In this document: piece after piece, positions 1 through 12,899 of the stretch
How the letters are laid out: each line of letters begins with the position of its first letter
Position numbering within the stretch: position 1 is the stretch's first letter
DNA from: Intoshia linei
Lineage: Eukaryota; Animalia; Orthonectida
Length of the DNA stretch: 35,854 nucleotides
Direction of reading: 5' to 3'
Assembly (NCBI GenBank): GCA_001642005.1
Contig: LWCA01000269.1
Span: 1 to 35,854, forward strand
Notes under the pieces: model-generated
The model's input: only the letters and a program-made list of their open reading frames with translations
The model's database searches: none
Told to the model about the DNA's origin: nothing
Translations under genes and position numbers: made by a program

Positions 1-2
1 AA

Positions 3-194
3 ATCAAAGAACACGACGAACAATGTACCATAAGATCACCTGTTGAAAGATTCTTCGGAAGACTAAAGCAAATTTTCTCAGTTTTTTCTAGGATTTATAG
101 ATATGATCATCAAAATTTCGACATTGATTTCGATAACGCTGTATTGCTCACTAACGAATTTATATGTAAAACTGAATTAACCGAAGATGATTAA
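3..194 (+). mobile_element. C-terminal fragment of a PIF/Harbinger/ISL2EU-like DDE transposase, truncated by the window edge
   Basis: Frame 3 reads IKEHDEQCTIRSPVERFFGRLKQIFSVFSRIYRYDHQNFDIDFDNAVLLTN, matching the R-x-x-VE-x-x-FG-x-LK motif of DDE_Tnp_4-type transposases. Confidence 0.55.
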
Positions 195-589
195 AAATAT
201 CAAAAAAAATTATGGATAAAGAAGACCACGTGACGCAAAAAAGGAAGAAGACGCAAATCAAGTACAGAGAAAATATTAAGAAAAAATTAAAAAATTAAAT
301 TAAATATTTCTATATTTTTTGTATACAAGTATATAAAAGATCGAGCTTTATGCAAAAGACTGTCTTATCAACAAATGTTTAAGTTATATAAATTAGTTTA
401 TTGTTGCTTCACCATCAAATTTTATTTTTATGACTAAATAAATCAATAAAATTTGCGTAATTAATAGACAACCTTGTGGCTATGCATATCATTTCGTTTT
501 ATCTAGTTGGCGTAATAATACCAAATATATTTAGCCTTGTTGTTTTTTATCCATTGTAGTAAATCCGTGAAAAGTATTGGAAATTAGTA

Positions 590-802
590 CAGTCTAAGAC
601 TTAGACTAAGTCCTGATTAACGAAATTAAAAATTCCGTAATTCTATTAATATGGAATTTTAACCATCGTAACACCATAGTTAACGGAATTTAATTTTTTT
701 AAATAAAAAACATTAAATAATCATATTTCTTGTTAATATGAGTTTTTGACTTATACGTGACGAAGCAATATGCACAAAACATGCCCACCCTGACTTAGAC
801 TG
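590..802. mobile_element. Tc1/mariner (Tigger-like) MITE
   Basis: Inverted termini CAGTCTAAGAC...GACTTAGACTG, each flanked by TA (588-589, 803-804). Confidence 0.6.
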
Positions 803-1664
803 TACTATTCATTAATAAGTGTATTAATTTAATAGTACAATTTTTGTACACGTACAAGGCTGGCTGAAATGCTGGCACCAGTATAATTTTTAATAAAGGA
901 CAACATTTTTCGAGCGATATATTGATTTCACATGATAATTTATAATTAGTTATTATTAATTATAAATAAATTTTCTCATTGACTTAATTAAAAGACTCGC
1001 GTAAATTAATCAACTCGTCTTGCGTATAGTAAAGAATGGAGAATCTTAACTAGTAAAGTAAATAACTATTACTATTTTGTATATAAACTCACTACGGGTA
1101 AACTTGTAATTTAAAAAATCTTAACACATCGATTTCATATACAGTCAAACCTATTATTTTCCTGATTAATATTTATTTATAAACCTTATTTACAAATAAT
1201 AATTAACGTCTAAATATTAATAAAATTACCAATTTTTATATTCATAATATTATTTTTAATATTTGCGACCAGCTTTATTCAATACATTCAATTCAACATC
1301 CCTGTACATTGTACATGTGCATGTATATTACACATTGAAACTAGAATATAAAAATTTAGCCTGACAAGGAAAGGCAACAAGTATGTAACCAATGGTTACT
1401 CTATTTTTTAATTCAAGAATTTTCCTTAGTCAATCACATGAAATATAAGGACGAGACCTCAAAAATTTGAGACGTAAATTGTAAACATAGGTACCAGAGC
1501 ATAAAAATGTACACAATTTGTAACTTATTATTAAAAATTTCAAAGTAAGGATGAGCAAAGTAATTAAAAATAGAAAGATAGACGACAATAGGTAAAAGGA
1601 AAAATTTTGTAAATTGAATAACAATAAATGTACATTTAATGTGCAGTAAATACAATAATATTAA

Positions 1665-2384
1665 CTAGTAATTTAATATCTTGTCCATGAATCTGAAAAA
1701 TCGAATAAGTTTATTCATATAAGCCTGGAAAATGACTTCATTTGGGTTTGAATAATTCATTTCCAATTTTTGTATACACTTTTTAACAACAAGAGACTTG
1801 TTATAATAATTGCTTGTCGTAAAATAGTTAAGCATATACTCGAGTACACTTAAATCCCAAATATATTGATATAGTCTATCGGAAGAGTCAAAGGTGGGGC
1901 TTTGCTTAATTAATTGAAACACCTGAGTGTAATTAATGTGAGGCTTTTGCAAAAGACTAAATATAATAGATATTGTGTACCATTTTAGATTTATACAACA
2001 TTGTAACATTGAGGTATATGCACTTTTAAAAAATTCATCGTGTTCCATTACGGGGCCATCAAACATGAACCGAAGTAAATCTTGAGAGAAATTGTTAGAT
2101 TTTAGTCGTATATATTCCACATAATTTCTTAAAGCATCATGATTATATTTTGGTTCAAAAACAGTCGTCAAACTCAATCCTCGAGCATAGTAGTAGTAAC
2201 ATTCTTGACTGTCCAATTTCATTATACGAGTCAATGTTACATTAAATAAACTTTCCAATTGACTGATACAAGTTGCGTTTCTAGTGAATGAAGACCGCAT
2301 CATGCTACTTAAACTGTGTTTTGTGGGCCAAATATTGTTTAATTCAAAAATAGCATCATCGTATTCACTATGTGCCAAAAAAAC
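1665..2384 (-). CDS. INTS8: Integrator complex subunit 8, terminal exon (C-terminal region)
   Basis: Translation ...DSSDRLYQYIWDLSVLEYM...CIQKLEMNYSNPNEVIFQAYMNKLIRFFRFMDK resembles the recalled INTS8 C-terminus (DAMDSYYDYIWDVTILEYL...IGQTELNASNPEEVLQLA...FLQAM). A TAG acceptor lies at 2385; the upstream exon structure is uncertain. Confidence 0.8.
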   Translation of the reverse strand, partial: VFLAHSEYDDAIFELNNIWPTKHSLSSMMRSSFTRNATCISQLESLFNVTLTRIMKLDSQECYYYYARGLSLTTVFEPKYNHDALRNYVEYIRLKSNNFSQDLLRFMFDGPVMEHDEFFKSAYTSMLQCCINLKWYTISIIFSLLQKPHINYTQVFQLIKQSPTFDSSDRLYQYIWDLSVLEYMLNYFTTSNYYNKSLVVKKCIQKLEMNYSNPNEVIFQAYMNKLIRFFRFMDKILNY

Positions 2385-2889
2385 CTATAAAAAATATAGA
2401 AATAGAAAAAATTAATTGATCAGATTAAGACCGGTACGGCCAAAGAAACCCATCAAAAATGTTCAAACTTTTTAGGATTCTTGGCACTACGCAAGTTTTT
2501 ATTTTAAACCTAACAATAACATTCATTTACAATTTATTCTTTTTAGGGGTACATAGATTTGTATACTGTACGTTGGGGTCCGTGACTCGCCGTGATTCGA
2601 ATTATTCCAATTGTCTCAATATGGAAGAAATGTTCCCTTAAATACTCTACTTTTTTATATTTATTTTAAATATAATTTTTTAATTAAAATTTTAAAGGAT
2701 TTTCAAAATCTTTAAAAATTGGGTGACAAAAATGTTCCCTTAAATACTCTACTAAATTTTGGTCGCAGGATCAAGACCGTGGAGAGGGGGTTAAGGGTCA
2801 TATGGCCCGGGACTACTACTATTAATAAATAATGTTGGAAAATTATCGTATATTAAAATTAGTTCCGTGTAAACATGTAAAATTGTTTT

Positions 2890-3400
2890 TCTTACTATAA
2901 TTGATTTTGTTGTCTAACCACTCGTCTTAAGGCATTAAATCAAATTTGTCAATTATTCGATTTATTATCGAAATTTAAAGAATATAGTGATAATCATCTA
3001 ATTGAAAAATGTAATCAATTACAATTGAATTACTCGTCATATTTCAACTACTACCTCACTTAATGATGAAATACTTCTGCTTAAACGAATATTAGGTGTA
3101 AATTTAATGATAGAATATCTCACCTAAAAAAGTTTTCGAAAACATTTTATCATTAAATTTAGAAAACATATTTCCATCTCTTGTTATATCGTTACGTATT
3201 TTTTTGACATTATTCGTATATGTAGCTTCTAATGAGAAAAGTTTCAGTGTGCTGAAGAGGATAAAATCTTACATACGATCTTCAATTAGCCAGAGTCGCG
3301 TGAATGGATTGGCAATATTAAAACTGATAAAGCAAAACTAATTAATTGTTTAGATGTAATAATAAATTTATTAAAAAAAGGCATGCAAAGCATTTAAGTG
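2890..3400 (+). mobile_element. Degenerate hAT transposase remnant (ZMYM1-like dimerization domain)
   Basis: About 3200-3320 reads FLTLFVYVASNEKSFSVLKRIKSYIRSSISQSRVNGLAIL, the hATC motif; frameshifts and stops surround it. Confidence 0.8.
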
Positions 3401-3779
3401 AAACGGTAATATTTATAATATTACTAATTATTGTCTTACTTATATATTGACTTATTGTATATTATATATATCTTATTGACTACTGATGGTGGATCATGTA
3501 AAATTTAAATCCACGGTTTCGGTTTACAGTAAACCGAATTAACATTTTGTATTTATCTTTTTCCAGTTTGAAATCCGAAAATATACATTTTAGTATAAAG
3601 TTAATGATAATGTCATTTACAACATGTTAATAAACTTTTCAATTAAAAAATTAGTTTGACACTTATTTAATTAGAATATTTTTCAAAATCTCTTTTGATT
3701 TCAATTTATAATGAAAAAAAATTTAAATCAATTCAAGATGGAAGTTGCCCTTAAAAACCAAAGTTAAGAATGCAAATCT

Positions 3780-3911
3780 GCAGAACCATCAAATATTACA
3801 TTGCATTTTTAAGTTTTATTTTCTTTATTAATGTTTTCGATCATTAAATCTATTTTTTTGGTAGAAATAAAAATATCCGCCCTCAATATTGTTTACAAAA
3901 AGTCAAGCTAG
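3780..3911 (+). mobile_element. 3' end of a non-autonomous Helitron
   Basis: TATTTTTTTGGTAGAAATAAAAAT..GCCCTC matches 32288-32318, and it ends AGTCAAGCTAG|T like 29873-29884. Confidence 0.5.
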
Positions 3912-4077
3912 TATTTAAAAAAATATGTTTTACAAAATTCTGCGACATCTTTCATTCATAAAAAAAATTTAAGTCATTTGATATTTTCAAGATGTAAATT
4001 TCTAAAAAAGGGTAATTTAGGTTTTAACCCTGAAGACGTTTGCGATAAAACATCACTCTCGAAAAACTGTAATAATA

Positions 4078-4602
4078 ATGAATTTGAAATATAAACTTGG
4101 AATTATGGTTTACAGATCTTCAAAACTTTGAACCAGAAATGAAACCAGTCCTGAACTAACTGAAAAATTCTTAGAGTTAAATAAGATTTGAAATTAGTAA
4201 GACGAATCAAAAAGAAAGGTGTATTTGGATTTATGGGAATTTAAGAATCAAATCTAATTGTGTTTGATAATGTTAAACCAAGCATTATTGCTTTTTCTAC
4301 AACATGGCTTGTAAAAGCTGGATTTTCAGCAGTGGTCGATATTTTTAGTAAGAAGAGATCAAAATTGGATGTGAACAACCGAGGAATAATGCGATTAAGA
4401 TTGAATAAACTAATAGAAATTGATTACGATTCATTGTGCAACAAACACCAATGCCAAAGCAGTCACTAACTAGTATAAATTTAAATAAATAAAGCATTTT
4501 ACTGTAAATAAAAGTAGATATTTTAAGATTTTTTAAGGTGGGCCATGGAATTTTAGGCTAAACTTTATTGGGTCATGGCCTGAAACAGGTTGAGAACCGC
4601 TG
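4078..4602 (+). mobile_element. hAT (Buster/Charlie type) transposase C-terminal remnant with right TIR
   Basis: ORF 4260-4469 (AFSTTWLVKAGFSAVVDIFSKKRSKLDVNNRGIMRLRL...HQCQSSH) is a Buster C-terminus. The TIR GGTTGAGAACCGCTG ends at 4602. Confidence 0.85.
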
Positions 4603-4722
4603 GATTAAAATACTCTCCAAAAATATTGAATTCACAATTTTGGCTAATTTCATAATGGAATCTTCACAGTTCAATGCATTCAATAAAACATTCCATGCAT
4701 AAAAAATTATACGCACCCCATT

Positions 4723-7700
4723 TTAAGCAATAATAAATAAAATAACCTGAAACAAAAGTGACAACAATATCCTCAAAAGTGCAACACAATTACAAGTTTG
4801 TATAAACCTAATAATAAATTGAGAGGTTAGGAATTTTTCAAATTCAACATCCAAAACCATATTAGTACTAGTAATATGTAAAAAATAATTTGAATCAAAA
4901 AAAACATTTTTAGAATACGTTGAATTGAATTGATTATAAATACTTCTAAAAGTATGTTTCTTTTCAGCAGAACTATCATCTGTGACAAGACAAAAAATAA
5001 AAGATTCGCACAATAATCTAGCATTCCTGCGAATATCCATATCTGGAATAATTTTGACTATAGATTCAGTTTTGAAAAGTACAAAAACATCACTGTTCTC
5101 AGATATTCTTGCACAAGTTTTGATGGAAATGCAAAGATTTATAAGATTTTGGATTATAGATGTAAATTTAGTGAACGATGCATAATGTTTATGGTTTTCA
5201 TGAGATGTTTTAAACGTTATTAACATTAGTTTCATGTTGTGCAATAATTTAGAAATATTTCTAGAGGTATCATAATTAAATGCTTCAATACTGTCTACAT
5301 GTGGACCAACGTAGGAAATATCCATAAAATATAATTGACAATAGAAATTTAGTTGGAAAGAATAGAAATGAATTAGCCAATCTAATGACGGGATTTGTGC
5401 ATTAGATCTAAACGAAGATATATATTCATTGAGGGTATTTGGAAATTGAAATATTTTTTTAGTGACGGTAGCATTTTTTAGAATGGCATCCTTAAAAATG
5501 TAGTGTCCACGGTCGAAATCATTCAAGTAATTGTTAAATTGAATGGGAGAAATAAATGCAATATTTTTGATGAACATGTGATGGGATGTGGGTTTCCAAT
5601 GTGAATTTTCTAATGTTAATTTTGTCTCACATTTTTCACTTTTATATATATCAAATCGAATAGTATTCGAAGTTTTAAGTAAATTATTGCCAAGATTGAG
5701 ATGATTCAAAAGTAAATTTCGATGTTCAGAAAATACAGAGGAAGGCAGTATACAGAAATTGCAATGAGCAACGACGCAAATGTAAGTATGTTCGAATCTA
5801 ATAAGTCGAGCCAAATGGTTATGTGACTGTTTAACGAGGGTTTCAACGGCCAACAACAAATGATATACATGATGGAAAAGTCGATTAGACACTAAAATCT
5901 GATTTTTGTATAATAGTAAAGAAGCTAGAGCCAATTTAGAACTAAATTTGTTGTTTATAAGATGATAATATTGTTCGTTCAGTTTAGACAATTTAGTCAG
6001 ATTTTTGTAATCACACAGTTTTTTCCCAATGGGTAAATTTTCCAAAATTTGTATAATTTGCGATTTATCATAGGAAGCAGATAGTTCTGTATTGATGTAA
6101 AAAAGGGGACAGAGTCTGTTTGCACTTTTATCAAACTTTTTTTTGGGAGTTTCCTTTTGAACAGGATTACTACCAATTCGTCGTATTCTATCAATAACCG
6201 ATCTAAGCCTTTTGAGTTGCACAAAATTAGCTCTACGCTTCAAAGCCACTAAAAAATTGCTAATTATTCGATCATTTGAAACATATGTTGTACCTTTAAA
6301 GATTACCGATTTGTTTAAAACCATAGAAAACAGACCCGGAACAAAAATAGGATACTGACAAATGGATAAAAACACATTAAACAAAATAAACTTGTTGGTG
6401 CTTTCAATAGACCACAACTTAGGATAATTCGAAAGGTAATCAATGTTTTCACTTCTTATATTCTCGTCACATTGCATCCTATAAACCAGCCGAATTCTCA
6501 TTGGTAAACTAAAATAGAAACCTTTATCTAAAGAATTTAAAAGTGCTTTTAATAATTGAGTCAAATTTTGCTTAGATATGGCGTCCAACAATTCATTATA
6601 TAAATTTTCCTTTTCAGAGAGTTTTTGCCAAAACGAAAATTTTTCGAGTCTACATTTAATTTGTGACACCTTTTCAATAAATTCATCACCTGTTTCATCA
6701 ATTCGGGTTAAAGACTGAATATTCCATTTACTCTTCATACCTCGTAATTTTTCTAAAATAAAGTCATTGGATTCGTAAAACTGTTTTGCTTTATAATGAG
6801 ACAAATAACAAAATGAAATAATATCAGAAAAAGACAAATTTTCGTAAATATCTTCCTGACATTGAATCAAATCAATTTGATTCAACAATTTAACATAGCA
6901 ATCCAAAGCCAAAACATAATTTTTTCGATAAATATGAAATCTACCAATAGAATCCAAAATAAAATATTGAGAAACTTTAATATTTTGAAAAGTATTGAGA
7001 AATTTAACATTATCGACAACATAATTCACATGCTCGTTTAAAGTGTTGATTAAAACTGTTACAAAAATTCTACTCCAGTCAATTTTATCCATAATTACAT
7101 TTACAGTTTCAGGTGTAAACAAATTATCAACTTGCGAATTCCTCGGTATCCAATCTGAAAAAATATTGTTGGGTCTGTCAAATTTTTTTAAATAATTTGT
7201 AGTAAACTCGTTTTTCCATGTATCAAACATTGACTCTTCCATTTGAATACGCAAATAAAACGACAAGTACACAATTTTTGCACACCTGGCATCTATGTTA
7301 TCAAACTCCCAAAAAGAATCCGACATTTCAATATATTTACTGATCAATGGTATCGTATTTTCCACATCTTTCTTATCAATAGATAAGAGTTTTCCATTTT
7401 CTTGGTATTGTTTCAATTCATTTTTAAATTCTTGACAACATAAACCAAAATTTAAAATATGCTCGGAACCATCAAATACGTTTATTAATCGTTTGCTATA
7501 TTTTTCACTTTTTGATAAGCTCATTCGCAATAAACAACCTACGAGTATTTTCAAGTGAATCGTTTTTAAATACTTGCGCAGAATGTTATAATTCCATTTA
7601 TAATAATCTGCAACGTTTAAAGATAAACCTATTAAGGAATAAAATCTTACTGGCACCTTTTTCCATTTTTTTATTTCTTTTGGTTTCTTGTCCTGTCTCA

Positions 7701-7902
7701 CGATTTCGGAATCATTGAAATAAACTTGCATCATTTCAAGAAATGTTCTACAATATGAAAATGCTGTTTTTTCTTCAATTTGAGGTAAAATGTATGAAAA
7801 ATCATTTGGATTCACTATAAATTCAAGCGTTGTGTAATTTAGAATTTTTTCTAAACGTTCTGCATCCATTTCATAATTATTTTTATTTTTTAATATTAAC
7901 AT
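4723..7902 (-). CDS. 3.1-kb intronless ORF (1059 aa; ATG at 7902 or 7869), probably the large 5' exon of the INTS8-like gene, or a separate helical-repeat protein
   Basis: A long open frame in very AT-rich DNA cannot be chance. It has a TPR-like segment (SIGRFHIYRKNYVLALDCYVKLL) and a phase-0 donor CAG|GTTATT at 4746. It is on the same strand as, and upstream of, the INTS8 terminal exon. Confidence 0.6.
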   Translation of the reverse strand: MLILKNKNNYEMDAERLEKILNYTTLEFIVNPNDFSYILPQIEEKTAFSYCRTFLEMMQVYFNDSEIVRQDKKPKEIKKWKKVPVRFYSLIGLSLNVADYYKWNYNILRKYLKTIHLKILVGCLLRMSLSKSEKYSKRLINVFDGSEHILNFGLCCQEFKNELKQYQENGKLLSIDKKDVENTIPLISKYIEMSDSFWEFDNIDARCAKIVYLSFYLRIQMEESMFDTWKNEFTTNYLKKFDRPNNIFSDWIPRNSQVDNLFTPETVNVIMDKIDWSRIFVTVLINTLNEHVNYVVDNVKFLNTFQNIKVSQYFILDSIGRFHIYRKNYVLALDCYVKLLNQIDLIQCQEDIYENLSFSDIISFCYLSHYKAKQFYESNDFILEKLRGMKSKWNIQSLTRIDETGDEFIEKVSQIKCRLEKFSFWQKLSEKENLYNELLDAISKQNLTQLLKALLNSLDKGFYFSLPMRIRLVYRMQCDENIRSENIDYLSNYPKLWSIESTNKFILFNVFLSICQYPIFVPGLFSMVLNKSVIFKGTTYVSNDRIISNFLVALKRRANFVQLKRLRSVIDRIRRIGSNPVQKETPKKKFDKSANRLCPLFYINTELSASYDKSQIIQILENLPIGKKLCDYKNLTKLSKLNEQYYHLINNKFSSKLALASLLLYKNQILVSNRLFHHVYHLLLAVETLVKQSHNHLARLIRFEHTYICVVAHCNFCILPSSVFSEHRNLLLNHLNLGNNLLKTSNTIRFDIYKSEKCETKLTLENSHWKPTSHHMFIKNIAFISPIQFNNYLNDFDRGHYIFKDAILKNATVTKKIFQFPNTLNEYISSFRSNAQIPSLDWLIHFYSFQLNFYCQLYFMDISYVGPHVDSIEAFNYDTSRNISKLLHNMKLMLITFKTSHENHKHYASFTKFTSIIQNLINLCISIKTCARISENSDVFVLFKTESIVKIIPDMDIRRNARLLCESFIFCLVTDDSSAEKKHTFRSIYNQFNSTYSKNVFFDSNYFLHITSTNMVLDVEFEKFLTSQFIIRFIQTCNCVALLRILLSLLFQVILFIIA

Positions 7903-8503
7903 AACTTTAAATTTATCTTATAATTAACCGTATCTATTTAATTTTATTTTATTAAATATCAAAATTTAAATAAAAATTTTAATTTCATATTGTAAACGCT
8001 TAGAAAATTGTTTAAAGTTTTATTGGACTTTTTATTAATGGAATAGACAATTATTTAAGATAATGGAAATTTTTTGAAAATTTTGAAAATAAATTTTAAA
8101 ATCAGAGAGAAGATTAATGAATCATTAGAAAATCTAAAATTTTCTTCATAGAATCAAAATCTTTCATCATTTTTTTAAATTAGTCATAATCAAGATGTGA
8201 AATTACAAATGCAAAAAATTAACGTTATAAACATAATTAGTTTCAATAAAATTTCAGTTAGTTTAGAATTTCAAGCATAGAACATCCACGGTAACATAAT
8301 TTCATTGTTTATTTATATTAATGTCATGGCAAACAAAATAAAGATGATAATCAGTCATAGTAACTGCACTACATTTGGCAACACTGTTCTATTTAAAAGT
8401 TACATTTTACGTTTAGTTTTATATCAAATTTATTTCAAACTTTACAACCTAAAAAAGTAAGAAAAAAATGAAAAAAGATAAAATTTCAAATTAGATACAT
8501 CAA
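7903..8503. promoter_or_regulatory. Probable bidirectional promoter between the INTS8-like ORF and UAP56
   Basis: 600-bp TE-free gap between divergent start codons, with clustered RGYAAC-like motifs (CGGTAAC about 8289, TAGTAAC about 8358, TGGCAACACTG about 8376). Confidence 0.45.
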
Positions 8504-10274
<1,771 letters not shown>

Positions 10275-10728
10275 TTGTAATATTTATGTAATAAAAATTA
10301 GATTTGTTTTTATTAAAGTTTATAAAATGTATTTTTGTTTTTTAGTTTTAAAAGTTAACCCCAATAAGTCAAATTGTTTGTTTTACACTGCGTGGTAGCA
10401 TTTCTATATTTTGCAACTACTTTTTTCTGTACATTAAGTATATAATACACATTGTGTTGAACCTTTTTTGCATGTTACGATTAAAATTCATTAATTTGAA
10501 TCGTAATGAATTTATCTTCACTATAAGTTATTTTTAATTTTGTTTCGATTTTCGATTAATAAATTAATTTTTAATACTGTTGTTTGTACATTATTGTGTA
10601 ATCGATTGTGCATACTTTCTTGAATAATTTTATTTGAGTTATCACGCCACAAAAATACAAACACTCCTTTGTTAAATTATTGTCGTTCAGTTGTAACGTA
10701 TCAGAAATTATGGTTCATTAGTTAAGTA

Positions 10729-11498
10729 CAGTCAACTCTCTATAACGTGAACTTTTCCAATAATGAACAACAACAAAAAATTTGTTATCATTTACTATGA
10801 AAAAAGTAAATGAATCGTGAACATTCTATACGTGAACGATGAACATAATTTGTCCAAATTAAAGTGAAGTTCTAATTGTTATTCACAATTATTGTATACA
10901 AAACGTGCTTTTTGAAAATTTTTGCAACATGAACAAAAAAAATTTAAAAAAAAGAAAAGATTTAGCTGCATCTACAAAGAAAAAACTAATTTATTTATTT
11001 GATGAAGACAAAGTAGTACACAACGTTTTCTTGCTTTAAAACAACATGTATACAATAAACATTAAAAAAAATAATATATATGAAGAAAATCTAATAATGT
11101 CTGAACTTGAAGACCCAAAAATCTTACCTGTTACCCATTATCATGCTAAAAAATTAGAAACATTTTTAATGATTCATAAACCCAGAAAGATTATCCAATG
11201 TATGGACTTTAATGCAGGAAATAAAGTCTGAAAAATTGGCAGGATCATCAAAAATAACTGATTACTTTGGTTCTACTAAAAAAAAAAAGAAAAGAATTGA
11301 TATAATTATTATAATAATGTTTATTATTTATTTATCTTTGTAAAATTAATGAATAAGTTATCTATTTTTTTGTGATTGTTATAATATCAACTTTAATTTT
11401 ACGGTTACTATGTAAATCAATATTTTGTTTACCATTTCTACTATCATGAATACTCAAATATTCGAGTCCCAAATGTTCACTTGGTAGAGGGTTGACTC
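10729..11498 (+). mobile_element. Non-autonomous pogo/Tigger-like element
   Basis: Left end TA|CAGTCAACTCTCTATAACGTGAAC and right end GTTCACTTGGTAGAGGGTTGACTC|TA, with a decayed internal ORF (11046-11231). Confidence 0.65.
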
Positions 11499-11618
11499 TA
11501 TTGATTCTGCAGGCATCAAAGTAGTAGTGTCATTATCTATGTCAGTGCTGCCCAAATGGTGCACCGACAGTTGAATCTCATTTTTTTTTGATTTATTTAA
11601 TTTATTAGGCAAATTGTA

Positions 11619-12365
11619 AATGGGATTATAAAGCGACTAAGCGTGAACGAAAAAAATGAAATTGTCGGTTTACTAGTTAAAGGAAATAGTACTCTTCAAA
11701 TTTCTTGATGTCTAGACTGGGATCACCGGACTATTAAAAAATGGCTGAATGCCCTATCTAAAGCAAAACGAAAGATTTAAATACGGTCGAAAAAAGGTAG
11801 TGTCACCAAGAAAATTATTTCGAATTAAAAGGATCGTGTCATTATCATTACTTTCCACGAGTTCCAGCATATTCTCGTCTTGTAATGTAATAAATGTGTC
11901 TAAAACAAGTCGCTCTAGGATTTTAAACTCTATTGCATCTGTAAAAGCTTTAAGAAAATCTATTTTGAAACCTGTCCATAAGAAAAAACGAATACAATGG
12001 GGTAAAATCAATTTAAAGACTAACTTCCAAAAGGTTATATTTACTGATGAGGGAAGAGCAACATTAGATGGTTCGGATGGGTGTTGAATAACGTCAAAAT
12101 TTTATCAGTAATATGTCGCCAACAAGGTGGTGGTGTTATGTTTAGGGCAGGTATAATTGGAAATGAAATATTAGGACCATATAAAGTGCCCAGAAGAGTG
12201 AAAATGAATTCGAAGTTGTAATACTTAACATTTTTAAATTGTTACGTTTAGTTACAATGAATTCTTGGAAGAAAACTATCTTTCATGGTTTAATTCGAAA
12301 AGTGAATAATTTAAAAAGAATAGTATTCATGCAGGATAATGAGCCTTTCCATTCATCATCTCTCA
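11619..12365 (+). mobile_element. Tc1-like transposase pseudogene
   Basis: Motifs W...NFQKVIFTDEGRATLDGSDG, RQQGGGVMF.AGIIGNEILGP and IVFMQDNEPFHSS, broken by stops and frameshifts. Confidence 0.9.
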
Positions 12366-12375
12366 CTATTATTAA

Positions 12376-12501
12376 CATTCACATTAGTAGAATGTTCACG
12401 ATTCATTTTTTTTTTCAGTGTAAACTATAACAATTTTTTTTTGTTGTTCATTATTGGAGAAGTTCACGTTATAGAGGGTTTATCTCATAGAGGGTTGACT
12501 G
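12376..12501 (-). mobile_element. Inverted copy of the left end of the 10729 pogo-like element
   Basis: The reverse complement reads CAGTCAACCCTCTAT...ATAACGTGAACTTCTCCAATAATGAACAAC...ATGAATCGTGAACATTCTA, matching 10729-10830, and is flanked by TA. Confidence 0.75.
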
Positions 12502-12899
12502 TATTATATTAATTTACCCCGTAACAGTACTAATATTGTAATTTTCACTTTAGTTTGGTGGAAAAAGTGAAAAGTTCTTTTAAAAAGTGTTTACTTTTGA
12601 GAGTTTACTGTATGCCGTAAAAAAAGTTTATAGAAATGGAGATAACCGAGAAGCAGTTAATTACTCATGGTTAAATAATATATTTAGTAGTTTTCTAAAA
12701 GTGGTGTGGTTTATATAAAAATGATTTAACTAAACTTTAAACTTTTATAACAAAAAAATAATAAAAACGCCACTTAAATTAAGCCTTAATATCCGAATTT
12801 CCAATAAATTAAAAAATGGTTGATTATTAATAGAGAGTAACTATGGTATAATATTAAAAATTTTTGATATTTTAAATTTGAAACAAAAGTATTAAAAGC

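Noticed and set aside
1430-1655. Two short hydrophobic minus-strand ORFs
   Set aside because: No recognisable motif; F/L/I/Y richness is expected from AT-rich DNA; probably INTS8 3' flank.
4723-4725. Alternative genetic code (TAA read as sense)
   Set aside because: UAP56, NCBP1, MEIOB and the GPCR all end in TAA and have no internal stops under the standard code.
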